From: Syncephalis fuscata S228
Taxonomy: Eukaryota; Fungi; Zoopagomycota
Direction of reading: 5' to 3'
Assembly: GCA_025786725.1 (NCBI GenBank)
Contig: JAHLTZ010000078.1
Location: 1-33,670, forward strand
DNA length: 33,670 nucleotides
Part shown: piece after piece, positions 1-11,656 of the stretch
How the letters are laid out: every line of letters begins with the position of its first letter
Position numbering within the stretch: position 1 is the stretch's first letter
Position numbers and translations under genes: made by a program
Notes under the pieces: model-generated
Databases searched by the model: none
The model's input: only the letters and a program-made list of their open reading frames with translations
What the model was told of the DNA's origin: nothing

Positions 1-835
1 AAAAAGATACAGAAGACTGTGCAATGGATGTAGAGACAGATGTACGCTTATCAGCTGAATATTCAAGTGATCTAAGTGTATCGGAACGGGCCACTGTAAT
101 GCGACAATTCCGTCAAGGAAAGATTAGAATGTAACTATTTGTATTAGTAATAGACGATAAACTAACATGATCAATGATCAGCTTGATTTGTTCTGATTTG
201 GTAGCGCGTGGTATTGATTTAGACTGTGTTCAATCGGTTATTAGCTATGATGTGCCTATTTATATGAAGAAATATATTCATCGAGTAGGACGAACAGCCC
301 GTGCCGGTCGAGCAGGTACAGCATTTACACTGGTTGAAGAACAAGAGGTAAATAAGCAGTGGTGTAGTTTATTGTAGTCTATTTAACTCAAGGGTATAGG
401 CACGGTCATTTAAAGAAATGATGAGAAAGGCAGGCCACTGGGAACAAGTACGAAGAATTAATGTTAAAGCAAATGAACTGGAGCCACTGATTCCATGCTA
501 TGAGGTATAGTTTATATTAACAGCAAAATATAGAGCTGTTTGTTGATTGTTTGATATATGAATAGGCATCATTGGAGGCGTTACAGGCGGCTGTACAGCC
601 ACATCGAGTACGTGTTGTTCAAAAAACAGCAGAAGCGGAGTTGGAAGCAGGAGATGAGAAAGACGACGACGTGAAAGAGGATAAAAAAGAAGCCAACAAT
701 TTACGCGAATTAATGCCACGTCGGACGAATAATAAGAAAGTAGCAACAGCAACAACAAAAAGATTAATGCTAGGAGCCAATGTTTTACGTCAACATTTAC
801 AACAACAATTAACTAGCAATAACAACAGTTTATAA
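1..835 (+). CDS. DBP6: DEAD-box RNA helicase, DBP6/DDX51-like, 3' part only (exons about 1-130, 182-348, 400-503, 566-835)
   Basis: Helicase motifs V and VI are present (LICSDLVARGID, YIHRVGRTARAGRAG), with upstream 'AEYSSDL', which is typical of Dbp6/DDX51. GT-AG introns restore the frame. The gene begins before the window. Confidence 0.8.
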
Positions 836-944
836 ATTATTCAAAAGAAATAAAGATGATAAACATAAAATTGTATAGACTAGTAAAAAATGAAATTAAT
901 TAATAAATGAAATTTATTATAATAACAGTCGTGTTAGCTAACAT

Positions 945-1547
945 TTATCTGAAACAACTTCCACGGCGAGTCTTTTCATTATTCATAGTCATCCTAGTTT
1001 CTTCTCTTCGCATATAGCGTCTTCTAATCAAATCAACCGATAATGGCTCCGGTTGAAGGTCAATATCGGCTAATATACCGACATCATCGTTGATTAGGCT
1101 AGACAGCAGACTCAAGGCCATGTTCTGATCGCTTACAGGCAGACCAGCATCTTTTAACTGCTCAGCCATGATCCACATCTTATAGATATGGTCGCCAATG
1201 GGCATTTTAGGATCTTTTTGCATGGTATTAAAGCGACGAAAAAGATTACAAATAGCCAATAAGTCTTTTACTTTAAAGTGATCGGCCAATGTGGCCAATA
1301 TCGTTTTCGACGTGGAGCAAGATGTTACATAATGGATTAGTTCGTCGGAAATCCTTAATAAAATAATGCTCATAGCTTTTTTATCTTTTTCAATCCACAG
1401 TGCATTGTTAACTTTGTCGTCTTTTGATGGCGGATCTTGATCTACCGTTTCATAGGCATCTAGTAAGTCAAGGACCATTCTGATTTTTATCCTCCATGTA
1501 TAATAGTTTTCATGGGTTAATATCTGAATTCGTGTAATATGATCCAT
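945..1547 (-). CDS. Ty1/copia-type Gag (capsid-like) protein, 200 aa, intronless, with no zinc knuckle and no pol
   Basis: The N-terminal 'LTHENYYTWRIKIRMVL' and the 'W..KDKKAMSIILLRISDELIHYV..C.TSK.IL..L...F' and 'L..AG..VSD....L.LL.SL' patterns match copia gag (DUF4219/UBN2-like families). The ORF is uninterrupted and starts at accATGG. Confidence 0.8.
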   Translation of the reverse strand: MDHITRIQILTHENYYTWRIKIRMVLDLLDAYETVDQDPPSKDDKVNNALWIEKDKKAMSIILLRISDELIHYVTSCSTSKTILATLADHFKVKDLLAICNLFRRFNTMQKDPKMPIGDHIYKMWIMAEQLKDAGLPVSDQNMALSLLSSLINDDVGILADIDLQPEPLSVDLIRRRYMRREETRMTMNNEKTRRGSCFR

Positions 1548-2389
1548 GGTAAATTATTGAAATAGTAGTTAAAAAAAGAGCGTTTAGATAAAAGAGGATA
1601 GAAAGCATGAGAAATTTGCACTAATAAAATAGTACCATGTGAGCGTCCAGACATGGCCATGTGCCGCATGAATTTACATGACGTTGTTTGCTTTAATTTT
1701 CTCGTCTATAGTATATTGTTGCACAAGGCATGGACAGCATACCAAAACCAAATTATCTAGGCTGTTATAGCCACCTATGCTACAAGGAAGATGTTATGCA
1801 TAAAATCCTATTAGACCACGCCATTTAAGTTTTGGTATATGATGCTATGGTTCGTCTAACAATGCTTTAATAAATAATAACTAACACATGCATATTAGCC
1901 GTAGCTATTTATGAAACAAATTAAAATTACATCTGCATATACTAAATTTTGTACAATATATTATAATGTAAAATAAACTATTCTATATATTCATCATGTA
2001 TTAAATAATTAAAATATGATAGATAAGCGTAGCTTAAACTGTCAATAGTAATGATATAAAATAATTACCATATAGTTTCAACTATACAAAACTCATCTAT
2101 TAATTTATTTTTGTGGTTTTATAACATAAATATTATTTGATATTTGCTTTATAGTGCAATGCACAAATTGCTGAAAATATATTACTTTTTAATATGGACT
2201 ATTTTACAAAGTACTAATGTTAATTGGTAAATTTTCTTATTAATAAGTGGATTTCACTACACTTTTTTCTTTTTCGTTGGTTTTTGTCTTTCCCATACCA
2301 CACTCGCACGTGAGCGTGTGTGTTCTTCATTGCTGTTGTTGGTCCTTGTAGTGCTTACGTGGCATTACTGACATACTTTCTGTTCCGCT

Positions 2390-4848
2390 ATGACAACGTC
2401 CCCGGCCAACACTGCCACGACTACGTCAGCGTCCACGTCGAATCGACCGGCCGTTCAGTTTGCCTGTAAGTCTGCCGCGGTGCATTACGTATTAGATGAT
2501 GGCGCTGACCTCAGCCACTTGCATTTAGATCGATCCAGTAAGGAATTGGGTGCCTGTTTTGGCCCACCGGAGAATTCACTAGTGGCGGAAAAGTAGGTCA
2601 TATATAAAGCGTGCACACTTGCACTTGTATACATTTGCTGGCAGTGACTGACGATTGATTGCGTGACTAGGCAAACAGGCAATATCCGTATTTTTGTTTA
2701 CAGCAAAGATGGCCGTTTTCTCGCATGGGCAACACCCGAGAAGTAAGTGCAGTATTAATGGGGGAGTGCTATTGCCGCTAACACTGCGCTTTCTTAGAGT
2801 TCAGGTAGTTGAAGCGGCAACTATGCAGCCTGTCTGCGAGATAGTGCGCAATAATATATTGGATTTAGAATTTTCACCGCGTGGCAATTTTCTTTCTACT
2901 TGGGAGCGCTATGGTAATTATTGCACATTTATTGATTAATATATTTTAACAATTATTGCACAAATCTATCTATAATAGTTAAAAACGAAGGCGATGCGCC
3001 AGTTCATCGCAATATGATAATCTGGAACACAATTGGCGCAACAGAAGCCGCTTCATTTACACAACGATCGCAAACAGGCTGGAACGTGCAATGGACGCAT
3101 GATGAATCATTCTGCGCGCGTCTTGTCACCAATGAAATTCACCTGTATCCTGCCAAACAGCTAGCCAAAGGTACACACAGTAACCTTCGATTGGAGGGCG
3201 TATCCAGCTTCTCTATTTCTCCTGGCAAATCGCCATCAATTGCTGCATTCATACCGGAACGTAAAGGTGCACCAGCCAGCATACGTGTATTCAGCTTGAC
3301 CGACTTTCAACGCCCATCGGCCCTTAAGACGTTCTTTAAAGCCGATATGGTACAGATGTACTGGAACGATCTTGGCACTCATTTGATTGTACTTACTCAA
3401 ACGGATGTGGACAATACGGGCAAGTCCTACTACGGCGAAACAGGTCTCTACTACTTGGCAGTATCGGGCAGTTACGACTGCCGAGTAACACTTGATAAAG
3501 AAGGTCCTATCCACGATGTTACTTGGAGTCCAAATTCAAAGGAATTTGTTGTTATCTATGGATTTATGCCGGCCAAGGCAACGCTATTTGACCATCGAGC
3601 CAATGCCATCCATAACTTTGGTACATTGCCGCGCAACTACGTGCGTTTCAGTCCACATGGTCGTTTTGTTTGTCTAGCTGGATTTGGTAATTTGGCTGGT
3701 ACGGTAGATATTTGGGATCGGAAGCGATTGACCAAACTGTCAACCATTGAAGCAAATGGTGCATCTGTTTGCGACTGGTGTCCTGATGGACGGCACTTGA
3801 TGACGGCTACCCTTTCACCGCGTCTACGTGTCGACAATGGCTACAGAGTATGGCATTATCGTGGCGTGTTGGTGCACAAGGAGGATATTCAAGAGCTGTA
3901 TCAGATTGCCTGGCGGCCTGCATCTGTCTCTCTTTATCCAGTGCGCAACACTTTGTCACCAGCACCAAAAGGAATTGAAACTGAAGGCAGCAAGGCAGCA
4001 AACAGTAAGCTGAAACAGATAAAGACAAACCAATATATGTATACTAATCGCTATGGGCTATAGACAAACCAGTGGGTGTATATAGGCCACCTGGTGCTCG
4101 AGCAGCAGCAGTACCTGGTCTATCAAAGGTATGTAACGCATAATATGGTATTTAAATGGATATCTAATTAAATACAATGTAATTATGATGGGAAATGATA
4201 GCCGGGCGCTAGTACCAGTAAATTGATCCCAGGTGCCGCACCCAAAGAGACTGAAGGTAATGGATAATTATATTAGTTTATTGTTTTTTATAAACATTAA
4301 ACGATAGGTTCTGGGTCTAAATCAGCTTCAAAGAGCAAGAAGAAGAAAGACGGAAAGAAAAAGGCTGAGGTTAGTCAACTATTACTATTGCTATCTATTA
4401 ATTCAATTACTAACACACATATTATAGACACCAAAGTCGGCACCCGAAACGAATGGCAATGGCAAACCTTTAGGTAGTGGTAGTAATGGTAAGTTATATG
4501 ACATATAAGTAACTCTGCTAGTATTAGTATTATTCTAATACATGATGATATAGATAAAAAGTCGCCAGAACCTGCTGCTGCTGCTGCTGCTGCTTCTCCC
4601 ACACCAGCCGCGCCTAAACGGCAACTAACTGAAGCAGAAAAGAAAATCAAAGGCGTTCAACGAAAATTGAAGCAAATTGCCGAACTAAAGGAGCGTGTAG
4701 CACGCGGTGAACAGCTTGAATTGACACAGGTAAGTTTAAAACGATTACTTAGTCGATATATCGATACATTTATCTAATTTTGTTATAATAGATTAAAAAG
4801 ATTGATACAGAAGCAAGTTTACAAGAAGAATTGGCAGGACTTCAATAA
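2390..4848 (+). CDS. EIF2A: Translation initiation factor eIF2A (beta-propeller), multi-exon
   Basis: Signature 'KTFFKAD', 'TDVDNTGKSYYGETGLY', 'AGFGNLAG', 'TATLSPRLRVDNG', 'KPVGVYRPPGAR' and C-terminal 'EKKIKGVQRKLKQIAELKER..GEQLELTQ'. Stop TAA at 4846-4848. Confidence 0.93.
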
Positions 4849-4923
4849 GAACCTTTTATTTTGTGATGTCGCAATAATAAATAGATATATTTACTGTTAT
4901 TACTTTTAGTATTATTATTATTA

Positions 4924-6534
4924 TTATAAAATAGGAACAAAATCGCAGATAATAAGTTGTCCAGACTGTGGATGAAGTAGTACAAGTAGTGAAAGTGTGG
5001 GCAGGCTTAATTGATGCTGTGTAAGACCCGATGGATCCATTGAGTGGATTGTATGACCCGTCACTGGATCAAGTGTAAAGCTGTCGGCTGTTTTTGGTGA
5101 GTAAGCATAGGCCAAGGTATCGGATAGACATTGAAAGCGATACTGTTCCTGTAAGCTATACTCACTTAATACTGCACTCTGACCCAGTTGTCGTACTGAA
5201 TAATGGCGCATACCAGCACCGGTATCCGTACGTCGAGTTAATAGTCTATTCTTGTTGGGTATGCACGTTACAATGGCATCGTCCATTGGTTCACGCCATT
5301 GAAGCTTCTCCACGCCAAAACGTAAAACACCCACGTAAGTTTGAGCAGCTGTGCGTCGATTGAAATCAACAGTCAGCAGCACACGCTGATCATCTAGTCT
5401 AGTGGAGGTGCCTTTTCGGCGTACTAGCATCGGCCAGTATGGACAATAGCCTGAAGTTAGCAGGTGGGGTGTTTTGCGCCCAATTGAAAATAGCTGCCAA
5501 CGAAAGGCCGATGTAAGTCCGTGTGTTTTAGTTTCAAAGCCGACAAAAACGGCCACTGTCGTATTGTTCTGATTGCGGCACTTAATCGCCGCTTCTTCTA
5601 GTGATACATGCAAATGGCAGAATCCTGTAGCCGCAATCAGTTCACCAGTACACCATGTACTGGCTGACAGGTCCATCACGCGATAACGGGAGTTGCCGCA
5701 ATCTGGATCGTCTGAAGGATAGCAAAGACGTACCAAAAGCCAGCGACCAACTAACTGTTGCAATTGAAGGCTATTTGGCGAATGAATCGTTGTCAATAAT
5801 TCGCCACTATCTCTATGCCATACCCAGACACAGGCCATCCATGTGCGTAGCGTGTCCTGTAGTGTTGTTTCTTCTGCTGTTGAGCGATTAAATAATCGTC
5901 GATCAAGTAATGAACCTTGTTGTTTGGATCGTTTTTGACGTACAGCTGGATGTGAGTATACAATACGACCACACACCACAACATAGTTCGAGGATACGAT
6001 TGCTTTCTCCGGATAGGATGTGCAATCGGCCAACGTAGCCATTGCTAGTTCACGCCAGTAAGGTGGCTGATGTGCGTCTACTAAAAACAAACGTCGATCT
6101 TTTTCCGACATTAATAAGGCGCCCCAGTCGGATTTGCCAAGTAGTCTGTAGCGATAGTGCTGTGTTAATGATGGAAGCTGCTGTATATGTTCACGATATT
6201 GGCCATATTTCCAATTGAATTCGGTTCGATTGCGATACAAATATGCTTTATACCAATTGATATTACTGGGTGCAGGCAAGCTACCATTTAACAAATAACG
6301 TGCATCTTGTAGTTCGTTTGCACTTAACAATAACCGAGATTGAAATGTAGCCAGCCAAGCCGCTTCAGCTTCTGTCTCTAAGCTATACTTTTTACTATAT
6401 TGTAGCTTCCATAAGTCTACATTAGCTGTAATGAATACTCGAAAGCGATTATTTGTCGCAGCCAACGACATAATAGTATTAACAGAAAGCCAGGCTGCGA
6501 TCGTGCCCATAATCTCCTTCGGTAGTTGTTCCAT
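4924..6534 (-). CDS. F-box domain protein, 536 aa, intronless, with an uncharacterised beta-rich C-terminus
   Basis: N-terminal F-box 'MEQLPKEIMGTIAAWLS...LAATNNRFR', followed by 'LWK..Y' and 'NWYKAY..R.RTE.NWKYG', the linker typical of F-box/WD-type proteins. Confidence 0.75.
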   Translation of the reverse strand: MEQLPKEIMGTIAAWLSVNTIMSLAATNNRFRVFITANVDLWKLQYSKKYSLETEAEAAWLATFQSRLLLSANELQDARYLLNGSLPAPSNINWYKAYLYRNRTEFNWKYGQYREHIQQLPSLTQHYRYRLLGKSDWGALLMSEKDRRLFLVDAHQPPYWRELAMATLADCTSYPEKAIVSSNYVVVCGRIVYSHPAVRQKRSKQQGSLLDRRLFNRSTAEETTLQDTLRTWMACVWVWHRDSGELLTTIHSPNSLQLQQLVGRWLLVRLCYPSDDPDCGNSRYRVMDLSASTWCTGELIAATGFCHLHVSLEEAAIKCRNQNNTTVAVFVGFETKTHGLTSAFRWQLFSIGRKTPHLLTSGYCPYWPMLVRRKGTSTRLDDQRVLLTVDFNRRTAAQTYVGVLRFGVEKLQWREPMDDAIVTCIPNKNRLLTRRTDTGAGMRHYSVRQLGQSAVLSEYSLQEQYRFQCLSDTLAYAYSPKTADSFTLDPVTGHTIHSMDPSGLTQHQLSLPTLSLLVLLHPQSGQLIICDFVPIL

Positions 6535-7780
6535 ATCGTTATAGAAATAATTATAAGCAATGTATTGATAATACTAGTAATATTAATGGTGACCAACGAT
6601 AACGGACAGATAGACGACGAAATAGGCAGCAAGAGTTGCGTTGTTGTATCAACAGTTAATAAGAAATATTCCTTAAAATAAAATGGAAAATAAATATAAT
6701 CACGTGTTGTTGTTATTTTGTGACACGATAAATAGCGTCACCTGTGTTGTATTGCTGGAATATAACTAAATAGTATGATAATTACTACAGTTGTAACAAA
6801 GAAAGAAATTGAAAAATAAGTTATGTGTTGTATTAAGTTTTATTAATATAGAACAAATAATTGAATACACATTTATTTTAATCTAACTGATGATGCTAAA
6901 TTATGCAAAAAATGTAATTTGTTTCATTATGATTTATTGGTTTACCATTGGTATTATTGTATCTGTAGTAGCTCAAAACAGTCAAGCGAAACTTAATCTG
7001 TATATCGCAAGGTATTCAGTTATACGTTTATCACTTAAAATACTCATAGTATAATTATGGACTACAGCTTGGTGGAGCATCTTGATTATTGGCGTGTTTC
7101 TTGTTTATTATTAAACGTTATAAGCAATTTAATGATTATCCAGTTTGTTAATAGATATCGATTACTTTTACAGTTTTATTTTATTATCATTATTGATGTT
7201 AGTGCCCTATATTGTCGAATAGCTATGCCAATATAATTAGAATATAAAGACTGTATCTAAAGGCATTGCTGTAATTATTAAGTATATCACCATACGTTTA
7301 CTATTGTTATAGCCATCAACACTCAGCACCTATTATAAACTACTTAGTTTATTCAGTCATTTAAATTTGAAGGTAAAGATTGTAATAAACCAATTCACTT
7401 TTCATTAATAGCGGCAAGATGTTTTGAATATTGACATTGAAATCATCTAGTGCCATGCACAAATACTAAATTAGAAAAATCAAAGCCTAACCCTTCAAAT
7501 CTTTCAAATGGCTACAATGATATTGCATAGATCTAGATACATGTTTTTTAAACATTTTTAGTTAGAATCAAAGTATAGCAATATGAACACCATGCATAAT
7601 AATAGCATTATTTCATTTTAAAATTTATACCAATGCAATCACGTTAGCAGCAATTAGGCAAAAAGACCAATGTTATAAAACAAAAAGAAAAGGTTTATTG
7701 CATGACAGTCCCAGTCACACGCAAGTAACAGCTTAGCATTAGTTGTCGGTGCCATTTTCAACCGACTAGCAATAGAATTG

Positions 7781-8551
7781 TACACGGCTGTTTGCATAGT
7801 ATCATTTGTGTTTGCAGAAATCTATTAAATCAATAAATGCAGCAATGCTTATTTAATAATTTAAAATGACACGTATTTAAACTATAAACTGATAGGTTAT
7901 ATATCTACAAAGTACGTGGTCAATGGTTGGCCACGAATGCTGACACCGGCTACACTACTAGTCCAGGAAAAGTAGCGCAATAATGAAATTTTTGATGCAA
8001 TATTGCTTAGTCACAACTAGCTACTTTTCAGGAACAAGTACTGATGAGTGGGATTATTCAGGTGGTGGAAAAAGCAATGAAGGCAGTTGGTGGAAAGGTA
8101 ACAGCGCAGATAGCTAACATATCCATCGTATTGATAACTGTGCAAATACACAGTAGCAGATCACACTGCTGTACTGGCGCTAAAGACTCGCTCAGCGACT
8201 ATACTGACAGTGCGATCTGTAGTAGTAGTCATAACAAAAACAAAGCATACAGCGAGGCTTTACAACATATATTCAACATAGTATAAAAAGTCAAAGATGC
8301 AATTACTATGCCAACAAAACCATTAATACTAATGATCAGAGTGATAAAAATGATTTGTAAAAAGAAGTCGGATTACAAAAGAGCATTGCAAGAGAGTAAT
8401 ATAAATATTGTTTGTATTTGACTAATAACACTATCTATGAAGCATATATGGAATGTACAAATATATGCTATCAAGTGTAAAGAAAGAGAAAGAAAAATAT
8501 GATGACGTAGATTGTGAGACGTGGAACCTGTCAGTCAATATTTATAAACAG
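7781..8551 (+). repeat. Copy 1 of a diverged direct repeat of about 0.78 kb (copy 2 at 12755-13546)
   Basis: Shared anchors include AAGTACTGATGAGTG, ATTCAACATAG and GATTACAAAAGAGCA. The last ~90 bp are nearly identical (ATGCTATCAAGTGTAAAGAAAGAGAAAGA...GATGACGTAGATTGTGAGA...TGTCAGTCAATATTTATAAACAG). The left boundary is approximate. Confidence 0.8.
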
Positions 8552-8797
8552 TGTTAAATTTATTATAGTTTGTTGTCATAATTTATACAGTTGCAGCTTC
8601 TGTTATAACTCTACTGATTCGAGCTGCCATTAAAGGTTAAAGTTACATAATATTAATAACAATTGCTTTATTGAATTATTATAATAATATTTGAATAAAT
8701 TACATTGTTTGATTTCCTTTCTTCCCCTGATTGCTTAATCAACGTTACATCATCACATTACTGGTGTTGTAACAATACTAAGTATAATTTCATGTAA

Positions 8798-9552
8798 AAT
8801 AAAGCAAATTGCTTGATATTTTGCACAAGTGTGCGTATAACATGTAAGTAGCTACTGGCAAAGTATACCGTTATTGTATTGTGTGATGGTGCAATAATTA
8901 TAATAATACGCTAATAAATGTGCAAAAATGGCAGTTTTTAGTCATTTATGGCTTGTATAAACAAACTACAGCAAAATGATTGCCAGATTCGAGTTCCCCG
9001 TGCTTGGCTGTATCGTTTGGTATGACTTATAGAACAATGATTTTTGCAAAAAATGTTAGCCGAAAATACGATTTACGTGTAAATAGTAACAAAAATTCAA
9101 GCTATATGTATATCAATAGCATAGATTACCACTGTATATCGGTATTTGTTGATATTAACTTGTTATTGTAATTGTTATAGTAGAGAGTTTCAAATTTATT
9201 TAATTTCGTTTAATTTTTAATATTAATTTTGAAATCATAAAGTTTAATCATCTTTTTGTTAATAAATATTTACGTAAATCGTATTTTCGGCTAACATTTT
9301 TTGCAAAAATCATTGTTCTATAAGTCATACCAAACGATACAGCCAAGCACGGGGAACTCGAATCTGGCAATCATTTTGCTGTAGTTTGTTTATACAAGCC
9401 ATAAATGACTAAAAACTGCCATTTTTGCACATTTATTAGCGTATTATTATAATTATTGCACCATCACACAATACAATAACGGTATACGTTGCCAGTAGCT
9501 ACTTACATGTTATACGCACACTTGTGCAAAATATCAAGCAATTTGCTTTATT
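8798..9552. repeat. Long inverted repeat with 281-bp arms (8798-9078 and 9272-9552) and a 193-bp spacer; foldback/MITE-like
   Basis: Base-by-base reverse-complement comparison by eye shows one mismatch (GGCAAAGTATACC vs GGTATACGTTGCC). Degenerate pairing extends about 20 bp further out (8778-9572). Confidence 0.95.
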
Positions 9553-11170
9553 ATACGTAAAGTTATACGTAGCTTTAGCATTTTATTAATTAAACGATTA
9601 CTATTGTTTTCAATTCACATTTTATGATGGTAATAGATATTAAAACACAAATGGCACATTTCGAGTTTGCCATAGCCATTAGAAATAACAAATATTACGA
9701 ATTAGGATGGCATAGTTATTAGAAATATTAAATACCAAATTTTATAATGTGCATCTGTAGTAACAATAACCGATACTGTCATTTTACAATGCTCATGACT
9801 ATTACACATTGTGCCAGAACATTAACATCACCAGTGTAGCTATTATTTGGAATCAAGATCTACAGTTGAACGTGCTGCTGGTATTTTTGTTTGTAGTTGA
9901 ATATTGCTAATCTAATCGCCAACTGTCAAAAGTTGTTTGATATCAATGATGAGCACAATGTGTAAATATAATATTGACAGCGCAGCTATTAAATATAGAT
10001 ACTTTATGACAGATGCGTATCGATTGAAGTGCTTGGCGATGCTATCAATGATAGGTTTAAGGCTATCTTTTTCTTATTATTGTCGGTAATGCAAGTAAGG
10101 TATTTTTTGTTAGTTCTCCAGCACAAGTATCAATAAATCATTTATCTCTACTACTTGTATAGCCGTGGTTATGCCTACAATACGATAAATTATGCAATAT
10201 GGTTTCATCAGCAGGCAAATTGTAGACAAACATTGAAACATTAGCACGTTTTGTCAATTTGATGTTCAAGTTTGGCATGTTATAACAATTGGATTCGCTG
10301 TAGTTGATAGCAGCATTGTGTTTGCATTGCACGTGAAGTGTTCGTATTTATAGCAGCATTGGTTTATTATCCAATCGTTTGCCTGCTGGTCTACTACAAC
10401 GCCTTGGACTGATATATACATAATAAGTACGACTGTCATTAAAGCAATATTATCGAGTTATAGCGATATTGTACCAAACAATCGGAATGTTTTTATGGGT
10501 CTTGGCCTTATCACTGGTGCATGAAATCACAGATTATAATCGGTAAATACAGCAATGCATGAAACTTCAAACCAGTACCGCAAAGGTTGGGTCAAAACTT
10601 TGATGCAATAAAGCGAGCACAAACTTGTATCGTGCAAGAATATGAAACATGCAGTGTGCTATAATGAGTAAAATCAGTTCTACAATATAGCACATTGATC
10701 TATGTGCTGGTATATTTGTTAATATAAATCACTATTTCTAAAATAAAAACAATTTATAGCATACAAGTATAGTTGGCAAATTGTGGTAACATAATGTATA
10801 GAAGATGCGATTTCGATAACAATGGGATAGTTGGTTGACTACATGAAACACGAAAGTAAGAGCCATTAAGGACAGGTGTGTTTTAGCATGGTGTGCTTGG
10901 AGATGTTGTTTATTGCATCATTCAAGACCTAAAAAAGAACACCCCTGGTCATGGGTATAATCACGAAACACATTTTAATATCTGCCAATATGAGATTGAA
11001 TATAAATACTCGGCTATCTATATGGTCAATGGTTGATTCAGCATCTCAAAGCAACAGCTTCTGCAACAAATTACGCCATCATCTTTACGCCATTGATTAC
11101 AGCTAGTCTGATCAACCAACTAAACTCACCACTGTTACGCACAACGTTTAAACTTACGAACATTATCATC

Positions 11171-11656
11171 ATGCAATTCCTCACTACTCTTGTTATGATT
11201 ACTGCATTCGTCGCTAGTGCGATCGAAGTAAGCGCCGGTCCGGTTAGCTTCGATCCAACAAAGATGATTTGCCTGGTCAACAAATTCCGCGCTGGAAAAA
11301 AGCTTCCACCATTTGCAGTTTATGTCGGCCTAAACAAAGCTGCACAGGACCATAGTACACTTCAAGCCCGCAACAAGCAAGTCGGCCATGAACTTCCTGG
11401 TGAGCTTGGCTTAATGCAGCGCTGTTCCGCCGGCGGTGGTGGATGGAACAGTGTAAGCGAAAATGTTGCAGGTGGACAGACATCTATGGAGCAAGTCATG
11501 AACAGCTGGATCAACTCGCCTGGCCATCTCAGGAATCTAGTAAGCGATGCTACGCATTTCGGCAGTGGCATGGCTTTAGACAGCAGCGGTCGAGCTTACT
11601 GGACACAAAACTTTGGTCGCAATGTTAAACTGCCAAAGGACCTCCCAAAATGCTAA
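11171..11656 (+). CDS. Secreted CAP/SCP-domain protein of the bacterial (YkwD-like) type, 161 aa, intronless
   Basis: Signal peptide MQFLTTLVMITAFVASAIEVSA, then CAP motifs 'CLVNKFRA', 'LNKAAQDHS', 'ENVAGG', 'VMNSWINSPGHLRNL' and 'YWTQNFG'. The true start is probably ATG 11171 rather than the TTG at 11033. Confidence 0.9.
   Translation: MQFLTTLVMITAFVASAIEVSAGPVSFDPTKMICLVNKFRAGKKLPPFAVYVGLNKAAQDHSTLQARNKQVGHELPGELGLMQRCSAGGGGWNSVSENVAGGQTSMEQVMNSWINSPGHLRNLVSDATHFGSGMALDSSGRAYWTQNFGRNVKLPKDLPKC

Noticed and set aside
3236-5984. Short overlapping ORFs within eIF2A and the F-box gene
   Set aside because: Alternative-frame or antisense shadows of well-supported genes.
6889-7235. Possible small spliced gene starting MMLNYAKNVICFIMIYWFTIGIIVSVVAQ
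   Set aside because: It has a signal-like start and one plausible intron, but the sequence is very AT-rich and has no recognisable homology; not supportable.
8036-8075. Conserved CTGATGAG...GAAA as a hammerhead ribozyme core (also at ~13009)
   Set aside because: No stem II closing into CGAAA and no flanking stems I/III could be formed in either copy.
8499-8600. RTGATGA as a C/D snoRNA box C in both repeat copies
   Set aside because: No conserved downstream CTGA box D or terminal stem in both copies.
8983-9010. GATTCGAGTTCC as a tRNA T-loop or Pol III B-box in the palindrome arm
   Set aside because: Imperfect match, with no cloverleaf or A-box.
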